A stretch of 30,486 bases of DNA from Acidobacteriota bacterium (GTDB taxonomy: Bacteria > Acidobacteriota > UBA6911 > JACQSX01), in contig DASXQR010000178.1 of the NCBI GenBank assembly GCA_036507075.1, forward strand, positions 1 through 30,486, in the 5' to 3' direction. The position numbers and the translations under genes are program-made. The notes under the pieces were generated by a model, which did no database searches, had not been told where the DNA came from, and saw nothing but the letters and a program-made list of their open reading frames with translations. Below, in pieces: positions 1 to 7,767 of this stretch (position 1 is its first letter; each line of letters begins with the position of its first letter).

Positions 1-16
1 CTACGTGTCGTAGACG

Positions 17-59
17 TGGACGGCTTTGAAAAACTTTGCCAAAAAAACAAGAAGTTGCC
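17..59 (+). repeat. Dispersed ~35-40 bp AT-rich motif, copy 1 (TGGACGGCTTTGAAAAACTTTGCCAAAAAAACAAGAAGTTGCC)
   Basis: 17-51 matches 28898-28931 except for one A in the A-run. A related copy lies on the minus strand at 21516-21547. It follows GACGTG-type repeats cut by the window edge. Confidence 0.85.
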
Positions 60-67
60 AACTTGTT

Positions 68-121
68 ACACAAAGGACACAAAGTCCCTCGACTGGTTTT
101 GTGATCTTTATGTCTTCGTGG
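68..121. repeat. Degenerate CACAAAG-family inverted tandem-repeat element
   Basis: ACACAAAGGACACAAAG ... TTTGTGATCTTTATGTCTTCGTGG; same unit as 5929-5993 and 30397-30423. Confidence 0.6.
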
Positions 122-139
122 CGAAAACTCATTGCCGTT

Positions 140-427
140 TCACCGCCGGCTTGTGGTCTCGATTTTGTCTCTGAGAAGATACTCGATGATTCTTGCCTCC
201 TCAGATTCGGTCAGCCCCGGCCTCTGCAGGTATGCGATCGTGCAGCTCCGGCCGCCTTTTTCATCGTTGAAGGAAATGTCCCACCACAGTCCGGCCTCGT
301 CCGGAACGCCGTAGCTTGGCGACGGCTGGACAATAGCTGTGCCTGCCGTCTGAAGCAATTCCAGCGCGCGATCGACCAACTGCTCGATTCGATTCGGCGG
401 CGGCCTATTGGCCATGGTTGAGTTCAT
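140..427 (-). CDS. Hypothetical protein (95 aa)
   Basis: ORF with protein-like composition, divergent from 613-885 across an AT-rich intergenic region; alternative start at Met5. Confidence 0.6.
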   Translation of the reverse strand: MNSTMANRPPPNRIEQLVDRALELLQTAGTAIVQPSPSYGVPDEAGLWWDISFNDEKGGRSCTIAYLQRPGLTESEEARIIEYLLRDKIETTSRR

Positions 428-612
428 TCTTTAGCTCGATTTGTCCTCATCATAGATCGGAATTTTCTATTCGCAATGCTGGGATAAGAAAAAAAGACTC
501 ATTCTTGAGGCCGGTTCAAATAGTTTCTTTTGAAACTTTCACAGCCCGATATTAATCATAAGTTTCAGGGGGCATTAGCCCCCACCGGCAGTCATTTATA
601 TGGAAGGACGAG

Positions 613-885
613 ATGGCTACAGTTGTTACTTTCCGAAATCGCCTGGTGGAGAAGGAGACCATAAGCGAGACTCAGTGCTGTATTTGCGGTCGCAAAATCG
701 AAGCGAAATCTATTAAGGAAGTACGCCCGACAGGGACCGAAGGAGCCATGCAGACCTGGCACTATTGCGGGTCGTGCTGGCATCAAATGCGGGAACTCAG
801 AGCCAGGGACAATGTCGCTGAATTGCGCTCAGGTTCCCAGAGTACCTTGGGCAACGCGGTGCTGAGCACCGTTGATGCCGATTGA
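613..885 (+). CDS. Small putative zinc-finger protein
   Basis: Two CxxC motifs (CCIC, CGSC); GGAAGGA RBS upstream of the ATG. Confidence 0.65.
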   Translation: MATVVTFRNRLVEKETISETQCCICGRKIEAKSIKEVRPTGTEGAMQTWHYCGSCWHQMRELRARDNVAELRSGSQSTLGNAVLSTVDAD

Positions 886-897
886 GCGTGCTTCGGT

Positions 898-974
898 TGC
901 GGATTGCGGAATATATCCATCTTAAATTCGCCAAGTTGAGATCAAATCAATTCCGCATTCCGCATTCCGCATTC
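898..974. repeat. ATTCCGC heptamer inverted tandem-repeat element
   Basis: TGCGGATTGCGGAAT ... (ATTCCGC)3ATTC; same unit forms the outer arms at 22527-22846. Confidence 0.75.
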
Positions 975-1309
975 GTAGACCCTTAGATTCTGACAGGATT
1001 TTGTGTCGCCTAACATTTTGTTGACGCCTCACCCGTCTGTTCAATCCTCCCGCCGCTACCTTCACCAATCTGGATAAAGCATCCTTGACGGCACTTTACC
1101 GCCCTGGATGATAAATCGATGGCTCGCAAAGTTCATTCCGCACATCGGGCATTCATATTGCTATGAGTGCTGCGGGCTCGCCGGATTTTCATCGACGAAC
1201 AACGCTGCAGCTACGCATCTTGCCAGGGCGCTGGGCATACCGAGCCGCCAATACCCGAAAGTCATTCAGCGGAAACATTAAAACGTCAAAAACATCGAGG
1301 ATATTCAAT

Positions 1310-4300
1310 TTGAACACAAAGCTTGCACTCAAATCATTACGCAGCGCCGCGGTTGTCCTTGCCATCGCGGCATACATGGCTTCCGCGCTATTGGCGCAGG
1401 GAGCCGGGACCCTTAGGGGAGAAGTCAGAGATGCGACCGCCGGAGTCATTCCCGGCGCAAAAGTTATCGCCACACATCAGCCAACAGCAGTATCACTGGA
1501 CACCGTGACCACCGCGACGGGAAGCTTCCAGTTCCCCAATCTCTTAATCGGCCCTTATACCTTGTCGGTGGAAGCACAGGGTTTCAAGACGTACGTCCAG
1601 AAAGACATCCAGCTTCTGGCCAATCAGGTGACCGATGTCAATCCCCTCCTGGAGTTGGGCGATCTTGCCCTGACTGTGGAAGTGCGCGCCGGGGGCGATT
1701 TGGTTTCGACCACTACTTCACAACTGGGCGGCTCGGTTCAGCAAAACATTGTGCTGGATCTTCCCAATCCCGCCCTTTCCGGCAATCCGTTGAATCTCGC
1801 TGTACTGTTCCCGAATACCACCACACAGGGAGGGGGCATGCTCGGCGAGGGAGGTTCCATCGGCGGAAACCGAACCCGCAATAACAGCTTTACTATTGAT
1901 GGAGTGGACAACAACGGTTTGCTCAACACGGGCGCCGTGACATCGGTCATTCAGGATGCAATCGCGGAATTCAATCTCCTCACCAATCAATTCTCCGCCG
2001 AATTCGGCCACTCGGCGGGAGGACAATTCAATATTCTTACCCAATCGGGAAGCAACCAATGGCACGGGAACGCTTTTTACTTCGGGCAGAACCGTCACCT
2101 CAATGCCCTCGGTAACCTGACCAAAGCGGCTATCCGCAGGGGTGACATTACCAGAAAGCCGCGCTATGACTTCAACCGCGGGGGCGGAACCCTGGGCGGT
2201 CCGCTGCTCCGCGATCGGCTGTTTGTCTTTGGCGCCTACCAGTATCAGACCCAGGGACGCAACGCGACAGGCGTCTCGGTTCTTGCGCCAACGTCGGAGG
2301 GACTCTCTACGCTCAACTCGATGACGCCGAATGCTCAGGTGCGTGAAATTCTGAGCCATTTCCCGGCAGCATCGAATGCGACCAGGAACGTGCTGGTGAA
2401 CAGCCAAAACATTCCGGTGGGAACTTTCCAGGCATTTGCACCCGGCTACTTCACATTGCACAGTTATCAGATAAACACCGACGCTAATTTTGGAAGCCAC
2501 CAGCTTCGCGGCAGATTCCTCGCCGATCGGCTGCGTTCGCCGTTAAGCGGCGACCTTCCGGTGGCCGAATTTACCGGCACCACATTCAACGACAACCACA
2601 AAGTCGCCATCGCCGACATATGGATCGTATCACCCACGCTGGTAAATGACTTTCGGACGTCCTACTCGCGAAGCAAGACCGGCCTGGCGACCCCGCCGGA
2701 GTTTGCGAACTTCCCAACCGTGATTCTGGACGACCTCGGCCTGATCATTGGCCCTAATCGTAATGCCCCGCAGTCATCCATCCAGAATGTATACCAGTGG
2801 TTTGACAACGTGAGCTACAGCCGCGGCAGGCATCAATGGAAGAGCGGCGCTGAATTTCGCGCGTGGATCGCGCCCACTCAGTTTCTGCCGTTTCCGCGGG
2901 GCCAGTGGGATTACCGCCGTTTGAATTCGCTGGTCAACGATCTGGTTCCTGACGGCGCCAACGGCGCGCAGCGTGGCGCCGGGCTGGGCGTATTCGCGGG
3001 AAACCAGAGAGCCACCTATGGCTTTGTTCAGGACGATGTGAAGCTGACTTCAAATCTCATGCTCAATCTGGGCCTGCGCTACGAATGGACCTCAAACCCA
3101 CGCGATGCAAAGCTCCAGGAATTGAATGCGATTTCCACTATTCCCGGGCTCTTTGAATTTCGAAATCCCAAAACCGACAAAAACAATTTTGCGCCTCGAG
3201 TGGGCTTTGCCTACGCCCCAGGGGTCAGCCAGGGCTGGTTGCGCAAGATTCTGGGCGAGCCCGGAAAATCGTCGGTTCGCGGCGGATTCGGCGTCGCTTA
3301 CGATGTCAGTTTCCAAAATCTGGTGCTTTCACGACTTCCGCCCCAGCTCCAAAGCCAGCAAACGCCCGAGTTGAGCTGCCAGGCGGCAAACCGGCCGGCA
3401 TGGTGTGCAGCACAGGCCGGATTTCTAGCCGGTGGAGGCCTGCTTCAGATTCACGTTCCTCCCGCGACCGTGGCACAGGCGCGTGCAGCAACGTCAGGAT
3501 ACATCGTGGATCAGGTGCAGCCGAAGGTGCTTACCTGGTCGTTGAGCCTGCAACGAGAATTTGCGGGCAATTATGAAGTGGAGCTTCGCTACCTGGGAAC
3601 CCGGGGACTCAGTTTGCCGATACAGATCCGGGAGAACGCGATCACCGTGTTTGAAAAGAATCCTGCTCTGGCGCTGCCGACATACTTTAGCCGATCCGAC
3701 GTTCCCGCGAGCGTTTCGGTCAATGCTCCTTCACGCGCTGCCTTTCTGGCCGCCCGCGGCGCTCGCTTCGAAGAATTCGGCGCCAGTCCGATGACAACTT
3801 ATCCAACGGCGGGCAACTCCAGCTATCACGCCGGCTCGGTGGAATTGAACCGGAGATTTCATCGTGGCTTGTTCGTGAAGTCCAGCTATACGTGGAGCCG
3901 CACGCTGGATAATTCGACCAACGAATTCAGCAGCAGCGTGGTCAATCCCCGGCGCCCGCAGGACCCTTATAACCTCAGAAACGAATGGGGACTTTCGGCG
4001 CTGGATCGGCCGCACAAGTTCGTGCTCGCCTGGGTCTGGGATCTTCCACGGTGGCATGGAGAAAACAGCTTTGTGAAATCCGCGCTCGGCGGATGGCAGT
4101 TGAACGGGACCTACCTGGCCGAGTCAGGCCAGCCCATTACCGCGCAGTCAGGTGTCGATTCCAACGGGGATCGCGATGCAATCGCTGATCGCGCCCTGCT
4201 GAATCCGAATGGCACGGCGATGGTCGGCTCGGGCGTGGACTTTGTTGTCCGCAATCCCGCCACGGGCGCTACTTCAATTTCCAGCACCAATCCCGGGAAT

Positions 4301-4657
4301 TCGCAGGTGGTGGGATATGTCGCCAGGAACGCGAGCGCGCGCTTTGTCGTGGCCGAAGCGGGAACGGTTCCGACGCTGGGCCGCAATACCATTCGGACTC
4401 CCGGCCTGAACAACACCAACCTTTCCGTGTTGAAGAAGTTCAACGTGTCTGACTCAAAACGGATGGAATTTCGGCTGGAGCTGTTTAACGCATTTAACCA
4501 CCGTCAGCCCGGCCTGGGGAGCGGCACAACCGAGCAGTCCACGTCAAACGCGCTGAGCGCGACCTACGCCAACGTGTCGAGCCCGAACTTCCTGAATGCC
4601 GGCCAATTCAGCGGCGGAAGCAGAACAGTCCAGTATGGATTGAAACTGTTTTTCTAG
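1310..4657 (+). CDS. TonB-dependent receptor with N-terminal carboxypeptidase-regulatory-like domain (Oar-type)
   Basis: Signal peptide, GTLRGEVRDATAGVIPGAKV domain, plug motifs (FTIDGVDN, AEFGHSAGG), NNFAPRVGFAY, C-terminal GLKLFF. Start moved from 1163 to in-frame TTG 1310 (GAGG at 1297-1300). Confidence 0.93.
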   Translation: MNTKLALKSLRSAAVVLAIAAYMASALLAQGAGTLRGEVRDATAGVIPGAKVIATHQPTAVSLDTVTTATGSFQFPNLLIGPYTLSVEAQGFKTYVQKDIQLLANQVTDVNPLLELGDLALTVEVRAGGDLVSTTTSQLGGSVQQNIVLDLPNPALSGNPLNLAVLFPNTTTQGGGMLGEGGSIGGNRTRNNSFTIDGVDNNGLLNTGAVTSVIQDAIAEFNLLTNQFSAEFGHSAGGQFNILTQSGSNQWHGNAFYFGQNRHLNALGNLTKAAIRRGDITRKPRYDFNRGGGTLGGPLLRDRLFVFGAYQYQTQGRNATGVSVLAPTSEGLSTLNSMTPNAQVREILSHFPAASNATRNVLVNSQNIPVGTFQAFAPGYFTLHSYQINTDANFGSHQLRGRFLADRLRSPLSGDLPVAEFTGTTFNDNHKVAIADIWIVSPTLVNDFRTSYSRSKTGLATPPEFANFPTVILDDLGLIIGPNRNAPQSSIQNVYQWFDNVSYSRGRHQWKSGAEFRAWIAPTQFLPFPRGQWDYRRLNSLVNDLVPDGANGAQRGAGLGVFAGNQRATYGFVQDDVKLTSNLMLNLGLRYEWTSNPRDAKLQELNAISTIPGLFEFRNPKTDKNNFAPRVGFAYAPGVSQGWLRKILGEPGKSSVRGGFGVAYDVSFQNLVLSRLPPQLQSQQTPELSCQAANRPAWCAAQAGFLAGGGLLQIHVPPATVAQARAATSGYIVDQVQPKVLTWSLSLQREFAGNYEVELRYLGTRGLSLPIQIRENAITVFEKNPALALPTYFSRSDVPASVSVNAPSRAAFLAARGARFEEFGASPMTTYPTAGNSSYHAGSVELNRRFHRGLFVKSSYTWSRTLDNSTNEFSSSVVNPRRPQDPYNLRNEWGLSALDRPHKFVLAWVWDLPRWHGENSFVKSALGGWQLNGTYLAESGQPITAQSGVDSNGDRDAIADRALLNPNGTAMVGSGVDFVVRNPATGATSISSTNPGNSQVVGYVARNASARFVVAEAGTVPTLGRNTIRTPGLNNTNLSVLKKFNVSDSKRMEFRLELFNAFNHRQPGLGSGTTEQSTSNALSATYANVSSPNFLNAGQFSGGSRTVQYGLKLFF

Positions 4658-4840
4658 CCCGGGTTGATTGCGCGCTCTCTGAAACACGCAGGGACGGTCC
4701 GTTGAGCCGTCTATGACGCAGTTCGGGGCCGCGCCCTTCAGTTGCCAATGCGACAGGTACGGCGATTCAGTACCGCACCCCTCTGTCCCGGTACTCGATC
4801 AGCTCATCGACAGGTCTGTAAAGATAGCCACGTTGCATTA

Positions 4841-4926
4841 ACCGCCGAGTCGCAAAGCACGCTGAGATTTCGCAGAGGCTGGACTGCAGACTCTGCGAGA
4901 CTCGGCGATCTCGGCGCCTCTGCGGT
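4841..4926. repeat. CGCAGAG-family inverted tandem-repeat element
   Basis: ACCGCCGAG/CGCAAAG/CGCTGAG/CGCAGAG arm mirrored by CTCTGCG/CTCGGCG/CTCGGCG/CTCTGCGGT. Confidence 0.7.
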
Positions 4927-5051
4927 GAAAGCACTGTGGCGAATCGGCAGCCGCTGGCTTTGAGCAGGCGTGGTTGGAGTCGCAGTTGGTTCTTCAGGTT
5001 TATGAATAATCCGTGAATAGGACGGGCTTGGTCTATCAGGAGTTGCCGCCC

Positions 5052-5312
5052 TTAACCAGGCTCAGGACGTGGTCTTCGCTTTCGTGTTCTTGTGGTTGGT
5101 CGAAAGACGTGTGAGCGGGCCAGTAATCCGTATTTCCATTTCTGGTAGTTGACTACCAGCGCTTCCTCGTACGGTCTGAGGTCGGTAATTCCTATGGCCG
5201 GTCCGCATTCCAGCAATTCCAGCAAATCAACGAGAGCCCTGGTCTGCTCGTTTAAGACCGGCCGTTTCTTAAGCTCCCTGATTTCTCTGATAATCTCCCT
5301 ATCAATTCTCAA
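5052..5312 (-). CDS. Hypothetical protein (~86 aa)
   Basis: Helical, protein-like ORF; likely TTG start at 5312 behind a G-rich RBS (ORF track start 5360). Confidence 0.5.
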   Translation of the reverse strand: MRIDREIIREIRELKKRPVLNEQTRALVDLLELLECGPAIGITDLRPYEEALVVNYQKWKYGLLARSHVFRPTTRTRKRRPRPEPG

Positions 5313-5361
5313 ACTAACCCCCCAAAAAAATCTTAACGTGATTTCCGCCCCGGTCAACACC

Positions 5362-5438
5362 CAAAGGACGGGGTCAGGTCTTGAAATTTGAAATCGCAGC
5401 CTCGATTTTCAAATTTCAAGACCTGACCCCGTCCTTTG
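5362..5438. repeat. Long inverted repeat (REP-like, GGGGTCAGGTCT core)
   Basis: 32-bp perfect arms CAAAGGACGGGGTCAGGTCTTGAAATTTGAAA at 5362-5393 and 5407-5438; abuts the stop codon of the minus-strand gene at 5439. Confidence 0.9.
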
Positions 5439-5840
5439 CTATGAGCCGCCGCCCTTATTTCCCTGCTCGCCAGTCAAACTTCCTGTCCGATTGGAAAAGT
5501 CGTCGTCTTTACTGACAGCGGGTTTGGCGGCGCTTCCGCCATAGCCGAGATTCTCGGCTTCCTCATCACTGTAAATTCCAGGCGGCACTCTTGTTTGCGG
5601 GCGAGCCGCATTGGCGGTGCGGGAATGACTCACCTGTTCCGGGTCCAGAGGCGGCCCGCTCTTTACCGCTTCGTCGTAGCCCGGCGCCGGCGGTTTGTGC
5701 CCCCCTCTGAACTGGGGCCGTGGATCGGATGAAACCTCGTCGGAGCTGAGCTCGTACTCAAGGGCAATATCGTCTGCGCCCGATCCTGATTCCGTCCGTC
5801 CTTTACCCGGAATTTCTCTATTCCTGGTTTTCTCTCGCAT
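5439..5840 (-). CDS. Hydrophilic, probably disordered hypothetical protein (133 aa)
   Basis: GGAGG RBS before ATG 5840 (MREKTR...); rich in G/S/P/E/D. The longer ORF-track start runs through a repeat element. Confidence 0.7.
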   Translation of the reverse strand: MREKTRNREIPGKGRTESGSGADDIALEYELSSDEVSSDPRPQFRGGHKPPAPGYDEAVKSGPPLDPEQVSHSRTANAARPQTRVPPGIYSDEEAENLGYGGSAAKPAVSKDDDFSNRTGSLTGEQGNKGGGS

Positions 5841-5928
5841 CTCGATGTTCCTCCATTGCCGATAGTTTAAGAAAGCTCTTTGCAATCGCTCTCTAAATTC
5901 AGAGTAACATGGAACATTCCCGGAGTGG

Positions 5929-5993
5929 TTTGTGCCCTTTGTGCCTTTGTGGTTCAACGGCTTTTTCAACCACAAAGGCACAAAGAGCACAAA
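5929..5993. repeat. CACAAAG-family inverted tandem-repeat element
   Basis: TTTGTGCCCTTTGTGCCTTTGTGGTT / AACCACAAAGGCACAAAGAGCACAAA, 25 of 26 complementary. Confidence 0.9.
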
Positions 5994-6068
5994 GGAACTG
6001 CAGGAAATCGCTATAATTGACGGGCGGGTTTAATGGATGTAAAAAACCATCAACGAAGGCTTCTCGCT

Positions 6069-7484
6069 ATGCGCTCTCGAACGGCGGCGCTCAGCATCTT
6101 CGCCCTTATCGCGCTTTCATGTCTTTTCCCACTGCGGCTCCATTCCTCGGCGGCTGCCGACGAAGTGAGCTTCACAAATGACATTTATCCTATTCTCACG
6201 GATCGATGCCTGGGCTGCCATCAACCTACCACCAAAAGCGGCGGCCTTGTGATGACTTCCTACGCGGATTTCAAGCAGGGAGGAAAGCACGGCACTTCGT
6301 TCGTGCCTGGCCGGGCGGATGCGAGCGTTGTGATGAAATTCATCAGCGGCGAGCTGGAGCCGCGGATGCCAAAAAACATGGCCCCGCTTTCAGACCTGGA
6401 AGTAGAGCTGATCCGAAAATGGATCCAACAGGGAGCCGTCGACGACACTGCCAGCGCCTCGAGCGCAGACCTTTCCAGTCTTCCGCCGCCCGTCTACAAA
6501 GCCCCACCCGTGATTACGGCTTTAGCATATTCTCCTGACGGAAAAATCCTTGCGGTTTCGGGTAATCACGAGATTCTGCTTCATGCTTCTGATGGCCCCG
6601 GGACGGTGGCACGCCTGGTGGGCCGGGCTGAAAGGATTCACTCAATTGTTTTCTCGGCGGACGGAAGGACCCTGGCTGCCGTAGGCGGCTCACCAGCCCG
6701 CATGGGAGAAGTTCAAATCTGGGATGTGGAAAAACGCAAGCTTACGCGCCATATTCGAGTCGCCGTTGATATGCTTTACGGCGCCGCTTTCTCGCCGGAT
6801 GGTAAGTTCCTCTCCTACGGATGCGCAGACAAAACAATACGAATCCTGTCGGTAGATACGGGCGAGGAAATAAAGAAAATGGAGCACCATGCCGACGGCG
6901 TGTTCGCAACGACCTTCTCGCTCGATGGCAAGCGGCTGGTCTCTGTGAGCCGTGACCATTTCGTCAAACTGACTGAAGTCTCGAGCGGCACGTTCATTGA
7001 GAACCTGAATCTTCTGACCAAGGCCACCTTTGGCGGACAGGGGGAGCTGTTTTGCCTGGCGCGGCATCCCAGATCGGACATCGTTGTCACGGGCGGTGAG
7101 GATCGCGTGCCGCGCCTCTACACGATGAATCGGCCGCGCGCGATCAAGATCGACGACGATTCCTGCCTGCTTCGCGAATTTGAACCGCAGTCAGGACCGG
7201 TACTCGCTGTCGCATTCAGCCCCAACGGTTCGAAAGTCGCAGTGGCAGGAATGAGCGAGCAAATCAACCTGTATGACGCCAAAGACGGCGAAAAGAGGGG
7301 AACTTTTAGCGGTCATCAGGGGGGTATTTACGCCATCGCGTTTCATCCGAATGGAAATGAGTTAGCAGCGGCCGGGTTTGACGGATCTGTTCGTATTTAC
7401 GATCTCACCGGTCAAAAAACAACCCGGGTTTTTGTTCCCGTTCCGGTGGAGAAGAAGATGGCCGAGGCAGGTTCGGGCCGGTGA
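6069..7484 (+). CDS. Planctomycete-type cytochrome c domain + WD40-repeat protein
   Basis: Signal peptide; VSFTNDIYPILTDRCLGCH (CxxCH) and RMPK...LIRKWIQQGA; several WD40 repeats (ITALAYSPDGK, IYAIAFHPNG..AAGFDGSVRIYD). Start at 6069 or 6033. Confidence 0.92.
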   Translation: MRSRTAALSIFALIALSCLFPLRLHSSAAADEVSFTNDIYPILTDRCLGCHQPTTKSGGLVMTSYADFKQGGKHGTSFVPGRADASVVMKFISGELEPRMPKNMAPLSDLEVELIRKWIQQGAVDDTASASSADLSSLPPPVYKAPPVITALAYSPDGKILAVSGNHEILLHASDGPGTVARLVGRAERIHSIVFSADGRTLAAVGGSPARMGEVQIWDVEKRKLTRHIRVAVDMLYGAAFSPDGKFLSYGCADKTIRILSVDTGEEIKKMEHHADGVFATTFSLDGKRLVSVSRDHFVKLTEVSSGTFIENLNLLTKATFGGQGELFCLARHPRSDIVVTGGEDRVPRLYTMNRPRAIKIDDDSCLLREFEPQSGPVLAVAFSPNGSKVAVAGMSEQINLYDAKDGEKRGTFSGHQGGIYAIAFHPNGNELAAAGFDGSVRIYDLTGQKTTRVFVPVPVEKKMAEAGSGR

Positions 7485-7757
7485 TGGAGAGTGTGGGAGT
7501 GGGAGAGTGGGAGAGTGGGAGAGTGGGAGAGTGGGAGAGTGGGAGAGTGGGAAAGTGGGAGAGTGGGAGAGTGGCGAGTGTCCAGTGACGAGTGTCGAAT
7601 GATAAACCGGCGTGCGGCCATAGAGACGGTAAAGTTGGTTAAGAGTCGCAATTCCAGCTCTCTTACTCGACACTCGACATTCGCGATTCGACACTCCCCC
7701 GCTCTCCCACTCTCCCGCTCTCCCGCTCCCCCGCTCTCCCACTCTCCCACTCTCCAT
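7484..7757. repeat. Nested inverted tandem-repeat element (outer GGGAGAGT 8-mers, inner GTCGAGT-like 7-mers)
   Basis: Nine 8-mers at 7501-7572, then 7-mers, a ~60-bp spacer, ACTCGAC 7-mers and RCTCTCCC 8-mers; ends ATGGAGAGTG / CACTCTCCAT. Confidence 0.9.
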
Positions 7758-7767
7758 TGTGGCATCT

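Noticed and set aside
1163..1309. N-terminal extension of the first TonB receptor
   Set aside because: The signal peptide and an SD fit a start at TTG 1310; no riboswitch recognised in this leader.
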